Positions 38,101 through 50,740 of a stretch of 64,000 nucleotides of DNA are shown here, one piece after another. The stretch spans positions 92,568,001-92,632,000 of the forward strand of contig NC_087472.1 in assembly GCF_036321535.1 (NCBI RefSeq), in the 5' to 3' direction. The notes beneath the pieces were generated by a model. The model ran no database searches and was not told the DNA's origin. It worked only from the letters and a program-made list of their open reading frames with translations. The position numbers were made by a program, and so were the translations under genes. Source of the stretch: Camelus dromedarius (Eukaryota). How positions within the stretch are numbered: position 1 is the first letter of the stretch; each line of letters starts with the position of its first letter.

Positions 38101-38928
38101 CAGAAATGTTTCTTTGAGATTTTTACCTTTGTTTAGTTCCTCTGATTCAGGTTTAACACAGTATAATTCAGAACATAAGGAACAGTATCAGAGAAGATAT
38201 CTGCTTGTTAAAAGACAAGAACTTACCAAATCACAGAGTGTCTTGAAAATACTGCAAACTTGATTTGTTTTACCTGACAGCCATTGTTTTCATAACTGTT
38301 TAACATAACTACCTAGAAATAATTTTGCTATCATAAACTATATTAGAATAAACCTTAGTAATATATTCATAACACGTTTTTAAATTTCCACTTTTTACAA
38401 GTATAAATTTGTTTTCCCCATTTACCACACAAAGAAATGATGGAAATTTCCAGAAGAAATAAACATTGACTATTCTATATTTTATGTTCACATGGAGATC
38501 TTGATTAAATTACCTTGCAACAAACATATTAGTTGTATTTGCAACTTTGTCTTATAGACATTTAGAATCTCTATAATTGTTTGATATAAAACTGGAATGT
38601 CACAGTTAATACTGTACAGCAGAAATTTTATTGAACCTTGTATATGTATTGGTGTATCAGTACAGGTATAAGTCTTTTACAAAGACTATTAACTAATCTT
38701 AGTGTGGCATCTTGAATATAAATTAACACCTGAACTGGTTTCTCATATTTGAAATTATGATTTTTTCCAGTTTGTTAAGGTAGTTTGTTCTTATATTAAC
38801 AATTAAATACTGTTTTCAAATTTATTTTCTGCCATTTGTGATCTTAATAGAATAACAAATGAATGAAAGCTTTAGGTAATTTAAGAGCAATGAACAGGTA
38901 ATGGACAGAACAGAAAGTGAAAAGCACA

Positions 38929-39084
38929 TGGCTTCCATTACAGCTGATAAGAGATGTACTGGGATAGAGCCAAAGAAACAGTCCACGAAATCTTGGCCTT
39001 GCGACCAGCAATTCCACTGGCCAGAATTCTGTGAACAGTTGTGATGGCTCTATCCCAGTGCATCTCTTTCAGCTATAGAAGTCA
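38929..39084. repeat. Long imperfect inverted repeat (hairpin)
   Basis: 38942-38972 is the reverse complement of 39045-39074 with one mismatch and one gap. The inner arms also pair imperfectly. Confidence 0.95.
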
Positions 39085-40049
39085 GTGATGAAGCTAAGAC
39101 AGTGGTGAAACATGCCTTATAAGAATTATCTTGCTGCTTGAATAAAACCCAGGAGCCAAAGTCAAACCTGAAGCACACATAGAGAAAAGACAGTGTTACA
39201 CTGTGGCAAAAACTCCAACAAAACACTTTCAGGTATCTTGAAAAATTGGTGTCTTCATGTATTCATTTTTGATGTCTCATGAAACGTTATTTTATATCTC
39301 AGTTACAATGTGAAGTGACATTTACATATGCAGCCTAACTGGACAACAGCACGCACTGATGAATTTGAGGTGCCGTCATGACCTGTGCTGTAAGAGTAAT
39401 AATATCTCTGAATTTTTTTAAAAAAAATTCTATATGAGTTTATAGACACTAATGCTCCAAGATGCACACGTGAAATTCAGAGATCTGGCTTTTTTAACCT
39501 CCATTCTTCAAATGCAGATTAAAAATGCAGCTAACCACAGGTGTTATGGGACTTCCTCCCAGGTCTCCTGACCCCAGCGCACTAGCTGCTCTTTCCACTA
39601 AACATCTAGCAATGACAGATATGCAGGTTGTAGATGAGAAATCCATCCTGAAGTGGCTGTAACTTCATGCATGCTCCCATGCCCCCAAGCTGTGAAATTC
39701 TCCAGCCTGCTTGCAGGAGGTGCTGAAGGAGCTATATGTGGGGGACAACAAAAATGCCAGATGGCAGTTTGTGAGAAAATCTGGGACCAGGGCAGTCAGC
39801 CAAAAACAGTGGACTGAATAAAAAAGGATGATCACCAAGAATATATGCCCCCTCCAACGATCACAAATGAATGGAAGATGAGTTATGGCTCTCTTCTTTA
39901 TACAGGTAAAAATTCTTCACACAATTTTTCATCCATGTGTACAACAAACAAAACAAGAGTCGTAAACATTTAAAAAGCGTTTGTGTTGGGCTGATTTATC
40001 TTATTATCATTTTCTTTTGCTTCATTAGTAGTAAAAAAAAAAAAAAGCA

Positions 40050-40450
40050 GCCCATTGACAAGGAGAGTGCAAGCAAACTTAAAAAATAAAGTGTTTCCAA
40101 AATTTTAATTTTACCACCAGAAGCAAAAGAGAATGTTTCAAGGAACCACTTTCTACTTGATTTGTAAATAACAGAGGTGTTTGCATTGTATTGATTGTTA
40201 TTGTGCGCCTTTATCACTTTTATTGTCTGCTGCAGTATAGCCGTTTGAAGGTCTGCCAAACCACTGCGGCTTGCTGAAAAGCAGGGCTGAATTTTAATTA
40301 AGCCGAGCCAAATAGACACAGAACAGTTGAACTTGATTAGACCACTTGTCCTGATGCACACACACAGGGCATTCAGTAAACTTATTCTAATAAATGACAA
40401 AGTCAGTTCATACATTTGGTGAAATTACCAAGATAAAAATCACCGTTTGT
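40050..40450. promoter_or_regulatory. Candidate enhancer or conserved non-coding element
   Basis: Repeat-free block with tightly packed FOX, SOX, ONECUT and homeodomain motifs. Confidence 0.4.
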
Positions 40451-43400
40451 CAACATATTCCTTCTACGTAAGACTTCTGCTCTCTATTTTAATCCAGCAA
40501 GCCACCAAGGAGAGCTGAGAGGGAAGGTAGCCAGTGAGGATATATGTGGCATAATATCTGATAACAATAATATTCTATATTCCTTGGGAAGAAGCAGTAT
40601 ATGAGTTTAGTAATTAGGATTCAAGAACACTGTTCAAGTAAAGAAAATAATGTATCTCTGTGTGTGCATGCATGTGGGTACTGATTTTGTCTTCAAATAT
40701 TTTAATCTCAAGAAAAGTTTACCGCAGCATTTAGCCCAGAGAAGGGAGCAGGTGGGATGTCAGATTTCATGAATTTTTATTTTTGATACTTCAGGAAGAA
40801 CAAAGCATCCAGGTTTCTGGCTTGAGCAGCAGAACTGTGCTAAATAAAATGTGTTCCCACGGTAACTTCTCCTGAAATCAGCCAGTGTAATTTTCCCACA
40901 CAACACTGGAGAACTGAGTCTCTGATATGGCCACGTTTCTGCAAAGCAAACTGCTATATAAACTGACTGCTGCGTTAGACCCAGTAACCTCTGCAATAAT
41001 ATCTAAAACAACTTTCCTGTGCAGATGTTCAGACTCTTAGCAAAAACCACAACTTCCCTAATGGTGGGGATGTGAACATAGGCAATATTTTTAAATTAAA
41101 CACACAAAGGAGATACTCTTTCTGTATATATGTATCCGGGATGATGAATAAACCCTAAAATATGAATAAGTTAATGTTTCCTACTAAAGTATCAGCGAAA
41201 ATTCAAAGATAAAGTCTAAAAGTTGAAACAGGATCTTGCATATACATCAAGGTTCCTTTGATAAATTCAAATCACTAAGTCTTTAATAGAATTTTCTACT
41301 TTACCTCCCAACTTCCTAATACCAATTGACTACACATAATCCTAAGAAAATAACAATCCTCTCAGAATTAGGAAAATAAAAATTTAGTAAACTTCGAAAT
41401 ATAAATGGATGCCTTTTCTGTGCAGGAAAGCAAATTAGGCTTTAAAAAGAAAACAGGATCTTAAGTTCTCATCCTTGACAACAGCAAGAAAAAGGAGCAT
41501 ATTTCAACTACTTCTTTCTCTACTGCAATTTAACTCTTTATTGTTGTCTACGTGAGTGAAAGAAGAAAACAGTTTTGTGACAATTTAACTAAAACTCATG
41601 ATAAATACACTTTTAAAAATAAGTCATTCACTATTAAAAAAAATGAGCTTTAAAGCCAGATCATACTGAATTTGAATTCTATGGATGTAATTTCCTAGCT
41701 ACATTATGTTCCTCAAGTTACTTACCCTCCATTCTATCAAGTATAAAATGGAAAGAAACAACAGCTTGGGAATAAATATAATGTATAAGAGGTATCTTGT
41801 TTAATGTCTACATAACAAATTTTTAAATGAAATTTTCAACGTGTAAAAGTTGAATAGATTCACATGACAGGAAGCAAGTTTCCATTCCATGAGACTGAAT
41901 ATATATTTCAAAAATACTCAACTAGATCTTAGCTTTTGGGCACAACTGTGAAGATGGTGCAGTACTGGCATGTTGTATGTACTCTTTGATTTTATTCTTT
42001 TTCTTCCCAATGGAGCCCACTATCTACCAGTTTATGTCTAATGTTAGATGCACCGAAGGCTAATGTGGCATGTACAATTTTTATGGGTCTATCCTTCATA
42101 TCAATGTTAGCATTTCATTTTTCAATTTCTATTCATTTTCCTAAAGTAAATGGACTTTTAAAATGCAAATAATTGCATGGCTATTGCAAATTAGGCAACA
42201 CAGGAAACATTACTCAAACTCAACTGCTGACTGGCATACAGCACCTTCATGGAACAACCTGAAGTCTTCATTTCACATCTGCTCTTCAGAAGGTCAGACT
42301 GTGGTTTCCCAAAGGCCATTTATGGAGAGCAATGTCTAATATATAAAAGGATAGATACCAAAGTTAAATCTACAAACATGAAGGAGAACCTCTATGTTCC
42401 TATGTGTTACTCTGTACTTTATGGAGGACTTCGTTTCTAACGGCTATGTGTTAGTATAACACCCCTATCCTGCTATGCTCTGTCATTCAACCCCATTCAT
42501 TCCTCCATTACAGTGACCTCAAATGGTAATTTTGTATTTATGTTATGAGCTTCATTGTTTTCTGTCTGCCTCCTTTATAGTTTGTATGTTCTATATGGGC
42601 AAGGACCACAAACATTTTTAAATGGCAATACATAGAATTGTTCTAAAACAGTGTCTAACACACAGCCAAGACTCAACAAATATTTGTTGAATGAATCCCA
42701 AATGAATAAAACCTAAAGGCTAAAGGATAAGCTCCTCATTCAGGTAAGATGGAGGGGATCTGTTTTTTTGTTTTTGTTTTTGTTTTTTGTCTTTCCCCTG
42801 CTAACTACTTTGGTTATAATCTAACCTGCTCATTGGTTTGGATCATATCCAGTGTATATTTATTATTCAATTTTTCATCAGATCAAAGTAGAAGAGACCT
42901 TGAGATGTTATTCTTGCCTTGGGGTACTGCTACTACTCAAAGCATTCAGTAAACATTGGCCTTTTCTTAAAACTCTAGAGGCCTCATGAAATTCAGATTA
43001 GAAATAATCTTGCCTAGAGGGTAGAAAAAGGGTGACATCTATAAATGATTCTAATATATAATCCCAAGTTGGACCTTGCAAGTATTTATTCTTATGGCAG
43101 AATTACAGCCTGCCCCATCCTCTCTCTGGGGATGAGGGGTTTGTGTTTCCTGCTCTTAGTCAGGGGCTTGTTGATGTGTCGGATGGGATCATGAAAAGAT
43201 CTAGAGAAGAGGTGGGATGTGGGGGCCAGTGCAGGGGTAGGGGTCACGTGATCTGAAAAGATCAGTTTGGAGGGAAAGCGAGAAGGGAGCACTGAAGCAT
43301 GGTAAACAGTTTTCAAGAAGAGGAATGAGTGAAAATAATCCTTAATTATTTTTGTCACTCTTTCAAAAACTCATAAATATCAAAATTGCCTTTTAAAGTT

Positions 43401-43519
43401 TGTTTGTTTTTGGTTGTTGTTGTTAAATGCAGAGTTTGTGTTTCTTTGTAGTGTGGCACAGGCCTGAGAATGACCACAAGGTGCCCTAGCCTTGTGTGGG
43501 TTAGAATCTTAAGTGTAGC

Positions 43520-43598
43520 TTGGAAGTCTCTTAAGACAGTGCAGATATAGGAAATTTCTATCATAACAGAAATTTCTATTGGACAGCACTGTTCTAGA
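43520..43598. mobile_element. MER3-like hAT end
   Basis: atttctatcataacagaaatttctattggacagcactgttctaga. Confidence 0.65.
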
Positions 43599-43870
43599 AC
43601 TTTGGGCCTATGACACACACAGGTTATTCAAATGCTCTTGGTCCTATTAGTGGCACAAAATATTTCAAGAAAAACATTTTATCACTATTAACTTCAAGTA
43701 GTCAGTATAAAATATTGACAGTGATTACACACTTTTATTTCTTCTGTGTACTAACTTCCAGAGATCCCAGAGTGGTCTCTACTTCTCTTGTTGAAATTTT
43801 TATCATACAAATTTTTGTGACATATTCTCATTCTTTCCCTATATTACTTGGCTATTTTATTCATTCAGGG

Positions 43871-43871
<1 letters not shown>

Positions 43872-43922
<51 letters not shown>
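43872..43922. repeat. Perfect (TA)n microsatellite
   Basis: Directly visible; it explains the YIYIYI run in ORF 43610..43948. Confidence 0.97.
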
Positions 43923-43925
<3 letters not shown>

Positions 43926-44695
43926 TAAATCATAAAAATGTTATTTAAAATTTTATTATACTCAAAGATACCCAGTAGATAAGATAAATATCAAGAAAAA
44001 TAATAACTATATTTTGTATCATGATTTTTGCTCACATCAGAATAATATGACATGGAAGTAAAATGCACTGCCTATTAAAGAGATGAACAAAAATGCCCTC
44101 AAAAAATGAATGTCAAGGTCAGTGTGAATTGGAAACTTTTAAGTGTGGGTGGGACAGGGTTGGAAGCACACTGTTCCTCGGCTAATGCTAATCCTTAGTT
44201 AATCATAAGCTACCAGGGAAGAGAGCCAGAAATACATGCTCTAGATGAGTGCCGTTGCTAAAGGAATACAGAATGTAGAAAGAGACAGTGATGAACATTT
44301 GGATAAGTTTAATACTATTTCACACAAAGGAGAGGGAGTTGTCAAGATGGGATGGTAAAGGGTAAAGATGGAGAATCCCAGGGCCTCCTTGGAGAACACT
44401 CCGTGGTCTATGTACAGAAGGGACCAAATTCCCACATGAACAAGTAGCAGTGGAAGGACAACTGGAGATATTTCAGTCTGAGAGCCACCCTAGCTGGCTA
44501 AGTAATTTAAATCACTCTAAAATAGGCTGGCCAATGGAAGCTTCAGTAAAGTAAATAATAGTCAAGGATTCACCTAAATAAAAAAGATACATATTTATTC
44601 CATATATGGAGAAGTTACTTAAATAAAATGGTTGAAAGATATTTACACTATATGTAATAACAGTTGAATTTAGGATTCTTTATAGTTAAACTGCA

Positions 44696-47074
44696 CAGGC
44701 ACACCTTGGAGATATTCCAGGTTCATTGGTGCCAAACTACTGCAATAAAGCAAGTATCACAATAACGTGAACCACAGGAATTTTTTGGTTTCTTAGTGCA
44801 TACAAAAGTCATGTTTTTACTATACTATAGTCTACTAAGAGTGCAACATTATGTCTAAAAAACAATGTATACACTTTAATCTAAAAATAACTTCTTGTTA
44901 AAAAATGCTAACCATCATCTGAGCCTTTACCAGTAATCTTTCTGCTGGGAGAAGTTCCTGCCTCAATGCTGATGGCTGCTGACTGATCACGGTGGTGGGT
45001 TGCTGAAAGATGAGGTAGCTGTGGCAATCTCTTAAAATAAGACAACAGTGAAGCTTGCTACATCAGTTGACTCCTCCTTTCACAAACCATTTCTCTGTAG
45101 TATGCAATGCTGTTTGATAGCACCTACAGCAGAAATTCTTTCAAAATGGGAGTAAATCCTTTCAAACCCTGCTGCTACTTTATCTAAATTTATGTAATAA
45201 TCTAAATTCTTTGTTGTCATTTCAACAATCTTCATAGCATCTTCACCAGGAGTAGATTCCATCTTAATAAACCACAAATCCCTAAGAAGCAACTCCTCAT
45301 CGGTTAAAGTTCTATCATGAGATTGCAGCAATTCAGTCACATCTTTAGGCTCCACCTTTAATTCTAGTTTCCTTGCTATTTCCACCACATCTGCAACTGC
45401 TTTCTCCACTGAAGTCCTGAGCCCCTCAAAGTCATCCACGTGGGTTGGAATCAACTTCTTTCAGACTCTTGTTAATGCTGATATTTTGACTTCTTCCTAT
45501 GAATCACTAATATTCTTAATGGCATCTAGAATGGCGAATCCTTTCCAGAAGGTTTTCAATTTACTTTGCCCAGATCCAGGAGAGGAATCACTATGGCAGC
45601 TATAGCCTTACAAAATGCATTTCTTAAAAAAATTAGTCTTGGAAGTCAAGATTACTCCTCGACTCATGGGCTGCAGAATGGATGTTGTGTTAGTAGGCAC
45701 AAAAACATGAATCTCTTTCATTGCGTATCTCCATAAGAGCTCCTGAGTTTACCAGGTGCATTGTCAATGAGCAGAAATATTTTGAAAGAAACCTTTACTT
45801 CTGAGCATTGGGACTCAACAGTGGGCTTAAAATATTCAGTAAACCATGTTGTAAACAGATATTCTATCATTGAGGCTTTGTTGCTCCATTTATAGAGCAC
45901 AGGCAGAATAGAGTTAGCATAATTCTTGAGGCCCCAAGGATTTTCAGAACGGTAAAAGACCACTGTCTTTAACTTCAAGTCACGAACTGCATTAGCCTCT
46001 AACAAGAGATTCAGCCTGTCCTTTGAAGCTTTGAAGTCAGGCACTGACTTCTTCTCTCTAGCTATAAAGTCCTAGATGCCATCTTCTCCAACAGAAGGCT
46101 GTTTCATCTACAAAGAAAATCTGTCAGTTAGTGTAGCCATCTCCATTCCTTATCTTAGCTAGACCCTCTGGATAACTTGCTGCTTCACCTAGTACTTTTA
46201 TGTTATGGAGACGGCTTCTTTCTTTAAACCTCATGAACCAACCTCTGCTAGCTCTACACTTTTTGTCTGCAGCGTCCTCACCTCTCTCAGCCTTCACAGA
46301 ATTGAAGGGAGTTAGGGCCTTGCTCTGGATTAGGCTCTGGCTTTAAGGGACTGTTGTGGCTGGTTTGAGCTTTTATTTAGACCACTCAAACCTTCTCCAT
46401 ATCAGCAATAAGGCTGCTTCACTTTTTTATCATTCACTGGAGTTCTCTGGAGTGTTCACCGGAGTAGCACTGTTCATTTCCTTCAAGAGCTTTTCCCTTG
46501 CATTCACAACTTAGCTAACTGCTTGGCACAAAAGGTCCAGCTTTCAGCCTATCTCAGCTTTAGACATGCCTTTCTCACCAAGCTTAATAGTTTCTGGCTT
46601 TTGATTTAAAGTGAAAGATGTGTGACTCTTTCTTTTACTCAAACACTTAGAGGCCACTGTACAGTTACTGGTGGGCCTAATTTCAATATTGTTATGTCTC
46701 ATGGAACAGGGAGGCCTAAGGAGGGGAAGAGAGACGGGGAATGGCCACTTGGTGGAGCAGTCAGAACACACACATTTGTCAATTAAGTTTGCCATCTATA
46801 AGTGTGGTTCATGGCGCCACAGAACAATTACAATAATAACATCAAAGATCACTGATCACAGATCACCAGAGCAAATATAATAATAATGAAAAAGTTTGAA
46901 ATATAGTGAGAATTATCAAAACGTGGCACAGAGACACAAAGTGAGTAAACATTGTTGGCAAAATGGCTCTGACACACTTGCTCATCACAGGGTCACCACA
47001 AACCTTCAATTTATAAAAAACACAGTAACTGCAAAGTGCAATAAAGTGAAGCATGATAAAACTAAGCATGCCCG
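44696..47074 (-). mobile_element. Near full-length Tigger1 (TcMar-Tigger/pogo) DNA transposon with degenerate transposase
   Basis: Degenerate terminal inverted repeats CAGGCACACCTT (44696) and ...AAGCATGCCCG (47074) are flanked by CA and TA (mutated TA TSD). Length is ~2.4 kb. Minus-strand ORF pieces read as Tigger transposase: SKRKSHTSFTLNQKPETIKLGEKGMSKAEIG (N-terminal HTH), [19 protein letters not shown]...LLIDNAPG (DDE region) and DDFEGLRTSVE...VTELLQSHDRTLTDEELLL (C-terminus). The frame is broken by frameshifts and stops. Confidence 0.96.
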
Positions 47075-47434
47075 TACTGCTCTCAGGTTAAGAATGATGC
47101 TGATATATTTAAAACCTTTGAATAAGAGTAACTAACCAAAGAAACAGGAAAGCTGATGACAGCCAGGTTTAGTGGCAGAAGCACTGACCCTGTGGTCAGA
47201 TCATTGCATTTCACTACTGACTTTACTTTTATGATCCAGGGTGCATAATTTAATGTACTGGCGCCTCTATTTGCCTTTGATTTAACTCTAAAATACAGCT
47301 CAGATTCCCTTAAAAGCAAAATGTTAAAAATAAATGGAATACATACTGTTATTTGATTAGAAGCTTCCATAAAAAAAAGTACGGAATGCAAATTGTGTGG
47401 TGTTATGTTTTGATTACTGAAGAACACCAGATGA

Positions 47435-47570
47435 ATAATAATATTTACTGAGTGCTTCCTGTATTCTAAGTGCTTTATGTGTAATGACTCTGTTAATCCT
47501 TACAACAACTCTGTAAGGGAGGTACTATAATTATCCCTGTACTATAAATGAGGAAATTGTAAGGCTGAAA
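47435..47570. mobile_element. MIR fragment
   Basis: atttactgagtgctt...ttaatccttacaacaactctgtaagggaggtactataattatccc...atgaggaaattg. Confidence 0.8.
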
Positions 47571-48699
47571 CCAAGTTTTGATTCCAGGGGTCATGGGTTG
47601 GTTCCCAAAGATCTTTCTCACAAATGATTATAGCAGGTTTCCCAGATGACTTAAGAAAAGTATAGATATCAGCAAAGTGTCAGAAAGCACTACTAGAAAA
47701 CAAATGCAAATCTAAGTAGACAAGTGGATACACAGCTCCATAAACCGAACTTGTTTTATTAGAAACAACGAAAAGTGAAAGAGAAACCAGATACCTTCTC
47801 CCTCTCCCAATCAGATTTTGCTTAACTAATCAGTTGTCGAGAAAAATAGAGAAGAAAGAGCCCTCAAATTAGAGGGATATCTGCTTTATCCCTCAGTTCT
47901 TATCAAAGAGCCTGACGTATTAATCCTTCAGTAAATGTTTAATGCATACGCATAGGACTGGGACAGTAGCTAAGTGGAAACCCAGACGCAGCTATGAGAG
48001 AAGGCGAGGGGGACTGAGGCAGATAAGAGCGGAAGGGAGGGCTCTATGAAGAAGACAGCACTACTGCTGGGTCTTACATAAATAATAGGGTTTCAAGAGG
48101 TGGGGAAAATTAGGGGTTGAGTTAGGATACTTTAAGACTAGTTCTGAACAGGCACAAAAGGGAGAAGGTTCAGGCTTCCCTTCAGTCCCTCCCTCAACTG
48201 CAGTGAACACCGACTCTGGGTCAAGCTCTATTTCACCACTGAGAAAAAGGGCAGATCTATGTTTTCACCATATTTAGGAGGTAAGTAAGAAGACAAAGCT
48301 GGAATGAGAAGGGAAGGAACCACAATGTAGACCGTCATGCAATAAGGGGGGTGGGAGAGGCAAAAAGAGTTGCATTATCTTGCCAACTTGATGTTAGGTG
48401 CCTTGAGGGCAGAACCTTATCTTTAAACATTTCAAATGCCTTAATATCCTTCCTTGCATATAGCTACTAATCAGCAAGTAATGATTTGAGAAGCAGTATG
48501 GTATATTAGAAAAAGTATTGGTTTAGGAGTCTTGAAATAGAACAGTTTCACTTTCTGTAAATTCAATTGTCTGTAAAACAAAAAGAAAACAAACCAACTA
48601 ATAAATCAAAATGGATACTGTTAGATCATCTCAGGAGTCTTTTCAGATGTATTAATTAAAACTCCATGATTACAATCATCAATTATTTAGCATCACTGT

Positions 48700-49300
48700 T
48701 AATAAGGAGTTTTCCTTTGAGGGACAATGAATGATGGGCGAGAAAGTGCACCTGGCCTCTTGTCAAGTCAGCCTACCGGAAGGCAGGCTCATTCTACCCG
48801 CAACACCCGTGCCCAAGACGGGTCAGGAGTATTCAGTGGAGTGGGAGTATGATCTAAATGAATCCATAAAAATGTGCTGGAAGAGACAACAGCAATTTAA
48901 AGAGGTGAGAAAATTGGGGTAACAGGGAAATTGGTTTGTTTCTGTGAAACAGCCTGTGTCAGACTGGAGATGGGAGAACAAAACTCCCTCCAAGTGACAG
49001 AGAGCCATTCTGCCTCAATGAATCTGTCATGGCTCTCATGGGAATCGAGGCGATTTGCATGTTTAGTGATTGATACAGAGCGAGGCAGTAAATCACAGAG
49101 TCTTAGCTCAAAGGCTCTGCTATCGCAGACACAGAAAGATGAACATTTGTACTCTATACCTCAAGCATTTGCATTGTTCAAACGCACTATCATTTCAGGA
49201 AGAGTCAGAAAATACCCATCAGTCAGCTCTGCTGAACTTAGAATACAGAGACCCATATTACTGTGAATCAGTTACCATTTGATGCAGTAGATTAAGGGCT
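48700..49300. promoter_or_regulatory. Candidate developmental enhancer (PBX-HOX/MEIS/POU/SOX motif cluster)
   Basis: Repeat-free block with TGACAG, CTGTCA, ATTTGCAT twice, TGATTGAT and GTAAATCA within ~185 bp. Confidence 0.45.
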
Positions 49301-50598
49301 TCAGGTATTTTCAGCTTCCAAGATATTTAATAGGATTTTTATCAACATGCTGCATTTTTCTTGTAACACATTGCCATACCCAAGGGGAAAACAAAAACAA
49401 ACCGACACCACAACAAACTTGTTACCCAGGAGATTGAAATACATATTCAGTATGCTGGTAATTTTTCTGACTGTCTGTTTTCAGAGACATAATTATTTTC
49501 TTTTTGCTTTAGGATTGCTGATTTTGCTTTCAGATTAAGGCTACTGTTAAAAGTGAGAGCAAGAGAAACAAAAATGTATTCTCCATGGAGAGTAATTCTA
49601 TTACCATTGCTGGGCCAATCTTGTAGCTGAGAGGTATATCCTTTCAAGAAGAAAAATTGCCTCTACCCAAACAATGACTGGATATTGTATCTTTAAGTGT
49701 AAAAAGCAATGATGACACAATTAGCCTTGGAAACTAGTGAATCACTAATAGCCAGCATAAAATAGGGCAAAAAGGAAACTGCTAATACCTGGCTACACAT
49801 GAATGTATCTTGAATAAAGTACAAGAAAATTCACATTGTTGCATTGTTAAAAGTGTCTAAAGAGGAAATGGTCTCCGTGAAAGTAGGAGAATGAGGCGCT
49901 ATCCAATTGACTGTGAGGCCCCCTAGTTCCCCAAAGATTTAGTTCCTTACTTACTGTCACCCTCCCCAGTATGATTCTTGTGATAATTTATGATACTTCA
50001 AGTGTTCGTTGAAAAACAATTCTCTCACCACTCTGGCCTAGTAATTCACTGAATTCCTTGACTCCAGACAGCTTGTCTTCCACCCTACCTTGGCCACTTG
50101 GTCCCATGGTCATAGCCTAGATTTGACATAAGCTCAGCTGTAGGCCTTACACTTTCAAATCTTCACCTCCTAAGTTTCCAGCTGACTCCGTCTTGAACAC
50201 CCATTCCAACAATTCTTTGATATTACGATGCCCAGAAATACATCCATGCCACTGGCTTTTCACCATCCCTCACACCCTTCCCGTCCTCACTTCCTTTCTT
50301 ATCAAGCATGAATGCCATGGTTTACCATTTTAACCACTTTCTTGCATAGACCCTCAAATCCCTTTGCCCCTCTCACTTCTGGAGCTCATTTGAGAAATCC
50401 CAAACTCCAGCTACAGCCAACTTTCCATTCAATCCTGCTCACTCTCATGTTGTTCAGTCTCCTAGGGGAAAAAAACTACATAATTGTTCTGGCTAGTCTC
50501 ATTTTAAATTCATGACCACTAACCTCAAGTTGGCGCTTAGCATGACCCAGCAATCTTACTATATTTATTAGTTGACACCTTCTCCTGTACTGCTAGAT

Positions 50599-50740
50599 CA
50601 GTACTTCTGAAATTTACTTACATACTGAGGAACTTTTTAAAGTGCTAAATTCAAGCATCACCCCAAGATTCTGAGTTAATTGGCCATGGCCATGTTCCCG
50701 CAGGCCATTCTAACGTGAAGCAATGTTCAAGAATCCCTCT
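50599..50740. mobile_element. MER5-like element nested in L2
   Basis: cagtacttctgaaa...ccccaagattctgagttaattgg...attctaacgtgaagcaatgttcaagaatcc. Confidence 0.65.

Noticed and set aside
39346..39391. C/D-box snoRNA candidate (terminal stem ACAGCAC/GTGCTGT with TGATGA)
   Set aside because: It is too short and lacks a CTGA D box before the closing stem.
39996..40415. 139-aa minus-strand ORF
   Set aside because: It runs through a homopolymer tract, has no recognisable homology and overlaps an enhancer-like block.
45080..46795. TIGD1-like domesticated transposase gene
   Set aside because: The coding sequence is split into several short ORFs by stops and frameshifts and sits within terminal repeats, so it is a Tigger1 fossil.
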